From Sedimentisphaerales bacterium (GTDB lineage Bacteria; Planctomycetota; Phycisphaerae; Sedimentisphaerales; SM23-30): a stretch of DNA of 64,000 nt. A model generated the notes under the pieces. The model saw only the letters and a list, made by a program, of their open reading frames with translations, did not search any database and was not told the origin of the DNA. This document shows positions 29,702-39,963 of the stretch, one piece after another (position 1 is the stretch's first letter; each line of letters starts with the position of its first letter). A program made the position numbers and the translations under genes. Location: the NCBI GenBank assembly GCA_963663965.2, contig CAXXFK010000028.1, positions 589,212-653,211 on the forward strand, in the 5' to 3' direction.

Positions 29702-30156
29702 ATGATTAAACGAGCGAAATTACAAAAAACGACCCTGGCCAAGAACGAGACGGTCCAGCATGACTGGTTCCACGTCGATGCCGATGGTAAGGTGCTGGGG
29801 CGGATCGCAACGGAAATTGCCCATGGTCTTGATGGGCAAGCATCGCCCGGACTATACGCCCTTCGTCGATACCGGCGATTTTGTTATTGTAACCAACGCT
29901 GAGAAGGTGATTATGACCGGCGATAAGCTGGAAACGAAATATTACGACTACTATACATATTATCCGGGTGGTCATCGTTTATATAAGATATAGCGAGCTG
30001 ATCGTGACCAAGCCGGAATTTCTAATCCGCAACGCGGTTCGCCGGATGCTTCCCAAGAATAAGCTGGGGCGTCATATGCTGGACAAACTGAAGGTATATC
30101 GTGGAAGCGAGCATCCGCACAACGCCCAGATGCCGAAAGAACTGGAAATTAACTGA
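29702..30156 (+). CDS. rplM: 50S ribosomal protein L13 (two apparent +1 indels)
   Basis: [45 protein letters not shown] spread over three frames; extra C at 29820-29822 and extra T at 29978-29980. Confidence 0.95.
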
Positions 30157-30173
30157 CGTATAAAAACTGAGGA

Positions 30174-30719
30174 ATGATAGTGGACAACAATAATAGCATA
30201 CAAGGCACTCCGATTCAGATACCTGTAACCCCAGCGATCCCGGTACCGGCGGCTGTTAACGCGCCGATCGCATCGATGGATAGCATGAAGCCGCGCCGTC
30301 TGCGTCAAAAGACCGCAGCGGAACTGGGCCCCAAAGCATTTTGCTGGGGAACCGGCCGTCGTAAAGCCGCGATCGCCCGCGTTCGTCTGCGTCCTGGCAG
30401 CGGCAAGGTGATCGTCAACAAACGTGAGCTGTTAAACTTTTTTCCGCGTCTGGAAGATCGTAACGATGTCCTGGCACCGTTGAAAGCGACGGATAATCTG
30501 GATAAATACGATGTGTTTGTGAATGTTCAGGGCGGCGGCATGACCGGTCAGGCCGGCGCGACCAAACTGGGTGTCGCGCGTGCGTTACTGGCAGCCCAGC
30601 CGGATACCTTTGACGCCTTGAGGGACAAAGGATACCTGACCCGTGATTCGCGTGAGGTTGAGCGTAAGAAATATGGCCATCGCAAGGCCCGCAGGAGCTT
30701 CCAGTTCTCCAAGCGTTAA
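30174..30719 (+). CDS. rpsI: 30S ribosomal protein S9 with N-terminal extension
   Basis: GTGRRK, GGGMTGQAGA, TRDSREVERKKYG..ARRSFQFSKR. Confidence 0.98.
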   Translation: MIVDNNNSIQGTPIQIPVTPAIPVPAAVNAPIASMDSMKPRRLRQKTAAELGPKAFCWGTGRRKAAIARVRLRPGSGKVIVNKRELLNFFPRLEDRNDVLAPLKATDNLDKYDVFVNVQGGGMTGQAGATKLGVARALLAAQPDTFDALRDKGYLTRDSREVERKKYGHRKARRSFQFSKR

Positions 30720-30745
30720 ACGCCCAAAATTGCCAAATATATCTG

Positions 30746-30781
30746 GCTCCTGCCGATTCCGTTGGCAGGGGCTTTTTTTTT
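30746..30781 (+). terminator. Intrinsic terminator after rpsI
   Basis: GCTCCTGCCGA/TTGGCAGGGGC stem plus T9. Confidence 0.85.
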
Positions 30782-30818
30782 GCCGAACTGCGTATCGATG
30801 TTCAGAAAGGGATTACTT

Positions 30819-31835
30819 ATGATACGGGTAGCCATTATCGGCGCGACGGGTTATACCGCCAGCGAATCCATTAAGATTATTCTGCGTCATCCACAGGCGA
30901 AGCTGACATATCTGACGGCGCTGCCGAATGAATGCGGCCATATTACGGATATTTTTCCGATGTTTCAGGGGCAATTGAATCTGGAGGTTGAGCCGATCGA
31001 CCTGGATAAGTTGTCGCAGGTGGCGGATGTGGCGTTGTGTTGCCTGCCCCATAAGGTATCGATGGATTTTGTGCCGAAGTTGTTGTCGGCTGGGGTAAAG
31101 GTGGTCGATTTCAGCGCGGATTATCGCATTCATGATCCGAAATATTATGAAGCCATTTATAAAGTGGCGCACAGCGATCCGGATAATTGCCGCAAGGCGG
31201 TCTTTGGATTGCCGGAATTGTTTCGCAGCAATATCGCGGCCGCAGGCGTGACGCTGATCGCGAATCCGGGTTGTTATCCGACGGCGGCGAGCCTGGGTCT
31301 GGCGCCGTTGCTGGCGAACAAGCTGATTGCCACGGATGATATAGTGGTTAATGCGGTATCGGGTGTTTCGGGGGCCGGCCGCAAGGCGGCATTGCCGTTT
31401 CATTTTCCGGAGATGGTCAATAACCTGTATGCTTACGCGGTGGGGAACCATCGCCATATGCCGGAGATCGAACAGATTTTAACCGATCTGACCGGAGAGC
31501 CGATTGAGGTGTTGTTCCAGCCTCATGTAGTGAGTATGGACCGGGGGATTGGCGAGAGTATTTATTGCCGGCCGCTTACGGATATGGGCGCAGAGGATTT
31601 GCTGGCGCTTTATGCCGATTTTTATACCAACGAACCTTTTGTCCGTTTGAAGAAAACGCCGCCCATGACGCGCGATGTCAGCAATACGAACTTCTGCGAT
31701 ATTCATGTGACGCGGACCAAGGGTAAAATCGTGGTATTTTCGGCGATTGATAATCTGATTAAAGGGGCAGCCGGTCAGGCGGTACAGAACATGAATATTA
31801 TCTGCGGTTTGCCGGAGACGGCGGGATTACTGTAA
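30819..31835 (+). CDS. argC: N-acetyl-gamma-glutamyl-phosphate reductase
   Basis: IIGATGY, ANPGCYPT, SGVSGAG, HRHMPEI, IDNLIKGAAGQAVQNMN. Confidence 0.97.
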   Translation: MIRVAIIGATGYTASESIKIILRHPQAKLTYLTALPNECGHITDIFPMFQGQLNLEVEPIDLDKLSQVADVALCCLPHKVSMDFVPKLLSAGVKVVDFSADYRIHDPKYYEAIYKVAHSDPDNCRKAVFGLPELFRSNIAAAGVTLIANPGCYPTAASLGLAPLLANKLIATDDIVVNAVSGVSGAGRKAALPFHFPEMVNNLYAYAVGNHRHMPEIEQILTDLTGEPIEVLFQPHVVSMDRGIGESIYCRPLTDMGAEDLLALYADFYTNEPFVRLKKTPPMTRDVSNTNFCDIHVTRTKGKIVVFSAIDNLIKGAAGQAVQNMNIICGLPETAGLL

Positions 31836-31872
31836 GCGTTTCAGGCGCTAATTTTTGAGCACGAGGTTTGTT

Positions 31873-33075
31873 ATGAACCAGACATTGACAGCACCCAGAG
31901 GATTTAAGGTGGCGGCGTTGAAGGCCGGGATCAAGCCCAGCGGCAAGCTGGATCTTGGATTGATTGTGGCTGACGGATTATGCAGCGCGGCCGGAGTGTT
32001 TACGACCAATAAAGTGGTATCGCCGACGATCACCGTAAGTCGCAGCCATGTCCGCAACGGCCGGGCGCGGGCTGTTTTTGTCAATGCCGGAAATGCCAAT
32101 GCCTGTACCGGGGCGCAAGGATTAAAGGATGCCCAGGAAATTTGCCAGTTGGTGGCTGAAGGCGTGGGCTGCCGGGCGACCGAAGTGCTGGTGACCTCGA
32201 CGGGGATCATCGGGCATTATCTGCCGATGGAGAAGGTGCGGGCCGGAATTGGCCGGGCAGTGGAGACGCTGACGGTGGACGCGGCGATGGGCGAAGAACT
32301 GGCGCGGGCGATCATGACGACCGATCTGGTCATGAAGTCGGCGTATCGCAAGGTAAAAATTGGCGGCAAGATGGTTCAGATTGCCGGTATCTGCAAAGGT
32401 TCCGGCATGATCGCGCCGAATATGGCGACCATGCTGGCGTATATTACGACCGATGCCAATATCAAGCCTTCATTATTGAAACGGGCTTTACGACATGGAG
32501 CGGGGCTGACTTTTAATAAAGTAACGGTGGATAATCATGTCAGCACAAACGATGCGGCCCTTGTTCTGGCCAGTGGGCTGGCCGGCCACGCGTTGATCAG
32601 TGAAGTGGATGATCCGGGTTATCAGGTATTCGAGAAGGCGCTCTGGCAGGTCTGTGACGATTTGGCGCGACAGATCGCCCGGGACGGGGAAGGCGCGACC
32701 CGGGCCATCACCATACGGGTAAAATCCGCATCCAATGCGGGTGACGCGCGCAAGGCTGTCCGGGCGATTGCCGACAGTCCGCTGGTGCGTTGCGCTTTTC
32801 ATGGGGCGGATCCGAACTGGGGCCGGATTGTCAGCGCGGTGGGCTATAGCCAGGCGGCATTCGACGAGTCAAAAATGACCTGCAAAATTGCAGGAATCAT
32901 GGTCTATCGGAATGGCCGGCCGACCCAGTTTAATGCCGATCAGGTCAGTGAGAAAATGAAAGGCGAGAACTGGGATGTGGTGGTTGACCTGGGGGTGGGC
33001 GAGTGTGACGATTTGTGTTATACCTGCGATCTGAGCCGGGAATATATTACGATTAATGCCGATTATCATACCTGA
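31873..33075 (+). CDS. argJ: Bifunctional ornithine acetyltransferase
   Basis: GNANACTG, STGIIG, IMTTD, KGSGMIAPNMATML, DGEGA, DPNWGR. Confidence 0.97.
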   Translation: MNQTLTAPRGFKVAALKAGIKPSGKLDLGLIVADGLCSAAGVFTTNKVVSPTITVSRSHVRNGRARAVFVNAGNANACTGAQGLKDAQEICQLVAEGVGCRATEVLVTSTGIIGHYLPMEKVRAGIGRAVETLTVDAAMGEELARAIMTTDLVMKSAYRKVKIGGKMVQIAGICKGSGMIAPNMATMLAYITTDANIKPSLLKRALRHGAGLTFNKVTVDNHVSTNDAALVLASGLAGHALISEVDDPGYQVFEKALWQVCDDLARQIARDGEGATRAITIRVKSASNAGDARKAVRAIADSPLVRCAFHGADPNWGRIVSAVGYSQAAFDESKMTCKIAGIMVYRNGRPTQFNADQVSEKMKGENWDVVVDLGVGECDDLCYTCDLSREYITINADYHT

Positions 33076-33412
33076 TTAAAGCAGGTCAGGGATATTTGCG
33101 GCAACATATCCAACCCGTAAAATACAGGGCTATTATATGGTAGGGCACCTCTAACTCTTTAGATATAATATGGATAGGGAGTGAGCGGGGTTGTTGGAAC
33201 TTTCCTGTAGTCTGAGTTTAATGCTTGACATAAAATGATGGATTAATCGGGCGCCAATTATTATTGGGACGTTTTTGTCGATTCAATTTAGTGATTAATT
33301 CCACTAGTGACCGGGTCGATAATAAACTTATACAGCTAGAGAACCGTGTAAGAGCAGAGAGTTATCCGGACGTAATATCCGATGTCTTAATTGGATATAC
33401 AGGAGACAGACT

Positions 33413-34957
33413 ATGCAGGCGATCCGCACGAAAAGTAATCTGACCGATCAACAGCGTGAGACATTCAAGCACCTGGTGCGGAAAGGGAATCTGGCGACAT
33501 TGCCGATGGTCGCCCAGAAACTGATCGAGATATCCCGGGATGACAATGTGAACTTTGTGGAATTCGCCAAAGTCATCCAATCCGATCAGGGGCTGGCCGC
33601 GCGAATTTTAAGGGTGGCCAATTCGGCGTACTACGGATTGCGTATCAAGGCGACCACATTGGAACGCGCCATAACGGCATTGGGATTGAAATATGTGCGT
33701 TCCATCTGCCTGGGATTCCATCTGATGGCGGCGATGAATCGATTTGAGGCCATCGGTTTCAGTATGGTGGACTTCTGGAAGATTTCCCTGATCCGGGCGG
33801 TGTTTGCCCGTCAAATCGCCTTGCGGTATTGCCCCAAGCGTAGTGAAGAGGCTTTTCTGGTCGGATTATTGCAGGATTGCGGCATTCCGTTTCTGGTTGA
33901 GACACTGGGCGAACCGTATATCCGGCTATGGCGAAATACGCTGACTTCCCAGGCGTCGCTGTATCAGCTGGAAAAGAAATTGTTTGAAATCGATCACCTG
34001 GTTGCCATTACCGGTTTGATGGAACATTGGGGAATGCCTGATATTCTGGCGATTCCGATTACTACTCATCACCAGATACCCAGAGGGATGTCCAGTCGAG
34101 ACGAGATCATGCAATTGGCGCAGATCGGGTATTTCTGCGGGAACCTGTCTTTCAATAATCCGGAGAAGATTTCTGAGAGTGATCTGCAAATGGTGGAATA
34201 CCCTCATCTGGTATTTAATCTGGACCGGGAAGAGATGATCCGGGTATTCGCCGATGTGCGCAGCGAGTATGGTTGTCTGATTAAGTTATATCAGGGCATT
34301 GTGCCGGAGAAGATCAATATTTCGGATCTGTTATCCCAAGCGCACCGGATGCTGATTGAAGACGTCGATGGGGGTGAGCGCCGTGTCGTTTCCATTGACG
34401 AAGAGATGCGGGAATATGAGTTATCCGGTCAGGATGAATTCGAGAGTCACCAGCGTGATCAGTATGATCCGGTTACCGGTCTGGAGTCGCACAGTGTGTT
34501 AATCAAATATCTGGATCTAACGCTGGATCAAATCAGAACCACGGGAGGCGACCTGACGATGATTCAGGTTGACATAGACAACCTGAAGGAGTTCAATCGT
34601 CAATCCGGTGTGAAGGTTGGCGATACGGTACTGAAAAAAGTGGCCTCACTGTTATCCGCAACGCTAGGGAAGAATGGCCGCCTATTCCGGGGTAATGGTG
34701 ATGATTTGCTGGCTTGTGTGCCCAAGCTGTCTTTTCAAGAGGTTTTTAAAGCGATCCAGTTGTTTCTGGCGGGGATCAGCAAGATGGAGTCGCCCTCGCG
34801 TCAAAAAGGGATCAGTGTCAGCGCGGGTATGGTCCATTGTATTCATGGCGCTTGCGCGGGTTGCAGTGAACGTTTATTGGAGTTAACCGATAATCAAATG
34901 TATCAGGCCAAATTACGAGGTAGCAATCAGATCAGTTACCAAGTCATGGGGAAATAG
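33413..34957 (+). CDS. HDOD domain plus degenerate GGDEF domain protein
   Basis: DQGLAARILRVANSAYYG, GLLQDCG; DPVTGL, DIDNLKEFN, GDTVL, RGNGDDL, MYQAK. Confidence 0.9.
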   Translation: MQAIRTKSNLTDQQRETFKHLVRKGNLATLPMVAQKLIEISRDDNVNFVEFAKVIQSDQGLAARILRVANSAYYGLRIKATTLERAITALGLKYVRSICLGFHLMAAMNRFEAIGFSMVDFWKISLIRAVFARQIALRYCPKRSEEAFLVGLLQDCGIPFLVETLGEPYIRLWRNTLTSQASLYQLEKKLFEIDHLVAITGLMEHWGMPDILAIPITTHHQIPRGMSSRDEIMQLAQIGYFCGNLSFNNPEKISESDLQMVEYPHLVFNLDREEMIRVFADVRSEYGCLIKLYQGIVPEKINISDLLSQAHRMLIEDVDGGERRVVSIDEEMREYELSGQDEFESHQRDQYDPVTGLESHSVLIKYLDLTLDQIRTTGGDLTMIQVDIDNLKEFNRQSGVKVGDTVLKKVASLLSATLGKNGRLFRGNGDDLLACVPKLSFQEVFKAIQLFLAGISKMESPSRQKGISVSAGMVHCIHGACAGCSERLLELTDNQMYQAKLRGSNQISYQVMGK

Positions 34958-35108
34958 AGTTAGAGGGGTTGATTAGTTTAATAAGATAATCCTGTTATCC
35001 GTGGGGATTAAGGAGATCGGGAATAAGGGAAATTAAGCGGTTTAAGGACTGGTATTGGTTGGGTAATGTGGTATAATTCTGAAAGTTTTCACCAAGCAGA
35101 GTTATGCC

Positions 35109-36776
35109 ATGCAAAAAGAATTCGAATTTAGCGACCGAGATGACAGCCAGAAGCGATTCAGCCGGTTAACCGATTTTTTCTCACAACCGGAAAAGCCGGC
35201 ATCGGCACCGGTGGAATCGCCGGTTCCCCAGGCACCGGAATCCGTTTGCGCCTCGGATCAATTGCCGATGGATACCGCCGGCAAGGACCGGAAACCGATG
35301 ACGGTATCGCAATTGAACGATATGATCAAAGCATTGCTGGAAGTGCATGCGCCGCCCCGGTTTTTAGTGGAGGGTGAGGTTTCGAACTGCAAGCGCCATG
35401 GCAGCGGGCATATATATTTGACGCTTAAGGATGAACGGTCCGGTATCGCCGCAGTGATCTGGCGGAGTGTCGCGTCAAAACTACGTTTTGATATACAGGA
35501 TGGTCAGGCGGTACTGGCGGGTGGGCGTCTGGATTATTACAGTGAACAGGGCAAATTACAGGTGATCATTGACCGGATTGAACCGGCCGGTCTGGGCGCG
35601 CTGGAACTGGCGTTTCGGCAACTGGCGGACAAATTGAGACGTGAAGGGTTGTTTGATGAGCGGCATAAAAAGAGCCTGCCGCGCTATCCCCAGACAATCG
35701 CGATGATTACCAGTGATACCGGAGCGGCAGTCCGGGATATTCATCAGACGCTGAACCGGCGGTTTCCGGCGGTCCGGCAATTGTTGTTTCCGGTTCGTGT
35801 GCAGGGAGAAGGGGCGGCGCAGGAGATTGCCGCCGCCATTCAAGAAGTGAACCGTCGACATCAACAGGTTGGACCGGTGGATGTGATGATCGTAGGCCGG
35901 GGCGGCGGATCGATCGAGGATTTGTGGGCGTTTAATGAAGAGGTGGTGGCGCGTGCGATTTTTGCCAGTAAGATACCGGTAATCAGCGCCGTGGGGCATG
36001 AAATTGACACCACCATCGCCGATCTGGTTGCGGATGTCCGGGCGGCGACCCCAACCGCCGCGGCAGAACTGGCGGTACCGGATCGTTGGGAATTGAACCG
36101 GAGGCTGACCGATTTGTCTGAAGGGATGACCACGGCGATTCAAAATCGGTTGGAGCAACTGGGTGACTGGCTGCAAGGCGTGCAACAGCGTCCGATGTTT
36201 GCTCGGCCAATTGAGAGGGTCAATCAGTATGCTCAAACGGTTGATCAACGGGCCTCGTTACTGGCCGGGGCTGTTCAGAACCGGTTGAATCGCGCCCGTC
36301 GTCAACTGGATGAATCCGCCCAGGCCCTGCGTCAAATAGAACCCACCCGAAGAGTGGGGCAAATGAGGAGCGAATTGTCTCAGCGTGAACTGCGGTTATC
36401 CCAGGCAACCCACCGGTGCATAAAAGCCCAATCAGACCGACTGGCCGGCAGAGAGAACCGATGGGCGCGGTTGGATCCGCGCAATCGGATTGAGCAGCAT
36501 GGCAAAACCCTGGGCCAGATGGAACATCGTCTCGGCCAGATGGCCAGTCATTTGCTGAAAATGAACCGCCAGCAATTAGTTGCCATCGAGCAACAGCTAA
36601 AGAGTCTGGATCCCAAGTCCGTCTTAAAGCGGGGATACAGTATTACCCGTCTGGCCGGCAGTGGGCAGATCATTGGCGATGTGGCCGCTTTGAAAGCCGG
36701 TGACAGGGTCCTGACCGAATTGAAGGAACAACAATTTTTCGAGAGTGAAGTGGTTAAAGAAGACATCATCAAATAA
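35109..36776 (+). CDS. xseA: Exodeoxyribonuclease VII large subunit
   Basis: GEVSN..SGHIYLTLKD, GRGGGSIEDLWAFN, SAVGHEID, TPTAAAE, LKRGYS. Confidence 0.97.
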   Translation: MQKEFEFSDRDDSQKRFSRLTDFFSQPEKPASAPVESPVPQAPESVCASDQLPMDTAGKDRKPMTVSQLNDMIKALLEVHAPPRFLVEGEVSNCKRHGSGHIYLTLKDERSGIAAVIWRSVASKLRFDIQDGQAVLAGGRLDYYSEQGKLQVIIDRIEPAGLGALELAFRQLADKLRREGLFDERHKKSLPRYPQTIAMITSDTGAAVRDIHQTLNRRFPAVRQLLFPVRVQGEGAAQEIAAAIQEVNRRHQQVGPVDVMIVGRGGGSIEDLWAFNEEVVARAIFASKIPVISAVGHEIDTTIADLVADVRAATPTAAAELAVPDRWELNRRLTDLSEGMTTAIQNRLEQLGDWLQGVQQRPMFARPIERVNQYAQTVDQRASLLAGAVQNRLNRARRQLDESAQALRQIEPTRRVGQMRSELSQRELRLSQATHRCIKAQSDRLAGRENRWARLDPRNRIEQHGKTLGQMEHRLGQMASHLLKMNRQQLVAIEQQLKSLDPKSVLKRGYSITRLAGSGQIIGDVAALKAGDRVLTELKEQQFFESEVVKEDIIK

Positions 36777-36820
36777 GTTCAATTTAAAAATTTTATTCAT
36801 TTAGATTTAAGGATACGATC

Positions 36821-38341
36821 ATGGCAGTTAAAGTCAGAAAAATCAATGTAACAGTAAAATCCCTGGATTCAGGAGCGCTGAAAGCTGATGTTATCGCACT
36901 CAGTTTATTTAAAGATACCAAGGTGTTGCCCAAAGCGTATCGGGCAATGGATAATCTGAGTGGCGGTATGCTATCACAACTCATCCAAACGGGCGATTTC
37001 AAAGCGGATGCCAATAAGGTTCAAGTATTGTACCCGGTCGGTATGAAAGGCGTTAGTCGCATCATCCTGGTGGGGTTAGGAGCCATGGCAGAGGTCACTG
37101 CTGATACGTATCGTCAAGCGGCCGGGGCGGCGATCCGGGGGGCTCTGGAATTGTCTGCGGGAACAGTTGTATTAGACCTGTGTCGAATATCATCGGCTAA
37201 GTCAGATCTGGAGTCCTGCGGTTGCGCCATAGCCCAGGGCGCGGTTTCGGGTGGCTATGATTATGAAGATTATCTGCCGGCGGCGCGACGCGGAAAAGTT
37301 ACGAGTTTGAAAGTAACCATTGCTGTCAGCGATGCCGTCGAAGCCCGGCAATTCAGCAAAGGGGCGCGCGTGGGTGCGAGTATGGCGGAAGGTCAGACCC
37401 TGGCGCGGGTGTTGGCGAATACCCCGGGGAATGAAATCAATCCGCCGTTGCTGGCGGCGCGCGCCCGCAAGATCGCGTCCCAGTCCGGTTTAAAGTGTAC
37501 GATTTATAATGATAAGCAATTGACACAGATGGGCATGAATGCGATCCTGGCGGTTGGTCAGGGTTCCATCAACAAGCCGCGGTTGATTCGGCTGGAATAC
37601 CGGGGGGCAAAACATGCGGGTGTTGATGTGGCGATCATTGGCAAGGCCATCACTTTCGACTCTGGAGGGATCAGTATCAAGCCTTCGCAGGATATGGATA
37701 CCATGAAATACGACAAGAGCGGCGGATGTGCCGTGATCGGGATTATGGCGGCGGCCGCCCAGTTAAAACTGCCCTTGAACCTGGTGGGATTGATCCCATC
37801 GGCTGAGAATATGCCCGGGGGGGGGAGCTACCGTCCGGGAGACATCATTCGATCCTACAGCGGGAAAACGATCGAGGTATTGAATACGGATGCTGAAGGG
37901 CGATTGATCATGTCGGACGCGCTGGCGTTTGGGGCCGCAATGAAGCCCAAGGCGATACTAGATATTGCGACGCTGACCGGCGCGGTGGTCGTGGCGCTGG
38001 GGGCACATCATGCCGGCTTATTTGGCAATGATGACCGCTTGATTGGCAAGATAAAAGCAGCCAGCGAACGGGCCGGGGAGCCCATGTGGCCCATGCCCAG
38101 CGGGGCTGCTTATCTGGAGCAGATGACCAGCAAGATGGCTGATCTGATCAATACGGGCGGCCGTTCGGGGGGATGCTGCACGGCGGCGGCGTTTTTAAAA
38201 GAGTTTGTCGGCAAGAGTTCCTGGGCGCATATCGATATCGCGGGTGTGGCTGACACGACTGAGGCAAAACCCTGGCGGGGACGCGGGGCGACTGGTTACG
38301 CAGTGCGGACCGTACTGGAATATTTACGCAGCGGCCTATAG
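36821..38341 (+). CDS. pepA: Leucyl aminopeptidase (M17)
   Basis: [39 protein letters not shown]. Confidence 0.96.
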   Translation: MAVKVRKINVTVKSLDSGALKADVIALSLFKDTKVLPKAYRAMDNLSGGMLSQLIQTGDFKADANKVQVLYPVGMKGVSRIILVGLGAMAEVTADTYRQAAGAAIRGALELSAGTVVLDLCRISSAKSDLESCGCAIAQGAVSGGYDYEDYLPAARRGKVTSLKVTIAVSDAVEARQFSKGARVGASMAEGQTLARVLANTPGNEINPPLLAARARKIASQSGLKCTIYNDKQLTQMGMNAILAVGQGSINKPRLIRLEYRGAKHAGVDVAIIGKAITFDSGGISIKPSQDMDTMKYDKSGGCAVIGIMAAAAQLKLPLNLVGLIPSAENMPGGGSYRPGDIIRSYSGKTIEVLNTDAEGRLIMSDALAFGAAMKPKAILDIATLTGAVVVALGAHHAGLFGNDDRLIGKIKAASERAGEPMWPMPSGAAYLEQMTSKMADLINTGGRSGGCCTAAAFLKEFVGKSSWAHIDIAGVADTTEAKPWRGRGATGYAVRTVLEYLRSGL

Positions 38342-38364
38342 AATCCAGGCAGTTAAGACGAGGA

Positions 38365-38952
38365 ATGATAACTATGGATACCCCCCAAGAATATCAAGTG
38401 GATACCCAGCGTATCGAAAACGCGGTACGAGAGATTCTGTTCGCGATCGGTGAAGATCCCGACCGCGAGGGTTTGCGGGAAACGCCCAACCGTGTGGCGC
38501 GCATGTATAAAGAGTTGTTCAAAGGATTAAGTCAGGATCCGCGCCGCCATATCGAAAAGGTGTTTACCGAGAACTATGATGAAATCGTCCTGTTGAAAGA
38601 CATCCCGTTTCACAGTGTCTGCGAGCATCATCTGATGCCGTTTATGGGGCATGCCCATGTCGGGTATCTGCCACGCGGCAAAGTGTTGGGTCTGAGCAAG
38701 ATCGCACGAATCGTCGAGGATTTTGCCAATCGCCCACAGGTGCAGGAGCGTCTGACGACCCAGATCGCCGAGTTTATTATGAATGAGGTCCAGGCGCGAG
38801 GTGTGGCTGTGGTGATGGAAGCAACCCATACCTGTATGACCATTCGGGGTGTCAAGAAACCCGGCAGTGTGATGGTGACCTCGGCCATGCTGGGTGTGTT
38901 CCGCAGCGATGTGCGCAGCCGTACTGAGGTGATGAGCTTAATACGGGGTTGA
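38365..38952 (+). CDS. folE: GTP cyclohydrolase I
   Basis: [38 protein letters not shown]. Confidence 0.98.
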   Translation: MITMDTPQEYQVDTQRIENAVREILFAIGEDPDREGLRETPNRVARMYKELFKGLSQDPRRHIEKVFTENYDEIVLLKDIPFHSVCEHHLMPFMGHAHVGYLPRGKVLGLSKIARIVEDFANRPQVQERLTTQIAEFIMNEVQARGVAVVMEATHTCMTIRGVKKPGSVMVTSAMLGVFRSDVRSRTEVMSLIRG

Positions 38953-39063
38953 AAGCACCCTGAAGCTATTCAGCGAATCATTATTGTGATTTTAAAAATT
39001 GCCGTCATGATTCGCGTTTTAAGATGAAACCTGATTGAAACACAGGAATGTCCCACCCCCATA

Positions 39064-39720
39064 GTGGAGAGCAAGATGCAGGATCTTCGACGGTTGATCA
39101 GTGGTTTTAAGCGTTTTCGTGAAGATTATTTTGAATCGGATGATCAGTTGTTTGAACAGTTGCGGGAAGGTCAGCAGCCGAAAGTGTTGTTGATTGGATG
39201 CAGTGATTCTCGGGTCGATCCGGCCATCTTGACGGGGGCGCGGCCTGGAGATCTGTTTGTCGTGCGTAATGTCGCCAATCTGGTGCCGCCCTATGAGCCG
39301 GACTCTCATTATCATGGCATCAGTTCGGCGGTGGAGTATGCGGTGAAATTTTTAAAAGTTGAACATGCCATCGTTATGGGGCATGCGTGTTGCGGGGGGA
39401 TTGAGGCATTGATGTGTGGAACAGAGTCAGAACCCATTGGCGAGTTTATCGATCACTGGGTCAGCATTGCCCGGCCGGCACGTGAGGCGGTAATGCGTGA
39501 CCTGTCCAATAAACCGATTGAATTGCAACGGCGCGCGTGCGAGGAAGCTTCGATTCTGATTTCATTGGAGAATTTACTGACTTTTCCCTGGGTAGCCGCA
39601 GCGGTGGATAAAGGGCAATTGGCGCTCCATGGATGGTATTTTGATCTGGAGGCCGGGGAGTTACTGGGTTATCATGCGGATAGTGGAGGATTTGAAAAAC
39701 TGGCAGGGAGAGAAGCCTGA
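39064..39720 (+). CDS. Beta-class carbonic anhydrase
   Basis: CSDSRV, RNVAN, GHACCGG zinc ligands. Confidence 0.96.
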   Translation: MESKMQDLRRLISGFKRFREDYFESDDQLFEQLREGQQPKVLLIGCSDSRVDPAILTGARPGDLFVVRNVANLVPPYEPDSHYHGISSAVEYAVKFLKVEHAIVMGHACCGGIEALMCGTESEPIGEFIDHWVSIARPAREAVMRDLSNKPIELQRRACEEASILISLENLLTFPWVAAAVDKGQLALHGWYFDLEAGELLGYHADSGGFEKLAGREA

Positions 39721-39963
39721 TGATGAGTTTTTTGAAAATAAATGATTAATATAAACCCTGTGATATCTGAGTATTATGGCGGCATAGGACAATTTGAGTT
39801 AAAGTGCTGTTATTTTATGACAACGCAAAATGGTTAAATAATAATGGAAAAAGTCATTGTTAGTCAGCGTGAATAGCTGGATAATAGAATTTTTATGTGC
39901 CCGGCCGGTCAGTCGCCGGGAGAGACATTATTTTTGAACTTTCTTAAGCAGAAGGGACAAATC

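Noticed and set aside
29702..30156. Programmed frameshifting or true pseudogenisation of rplM
   Set aside because: No slippery heptamer; essential gene; same indel pattern in unrelated genes favours sequencing error
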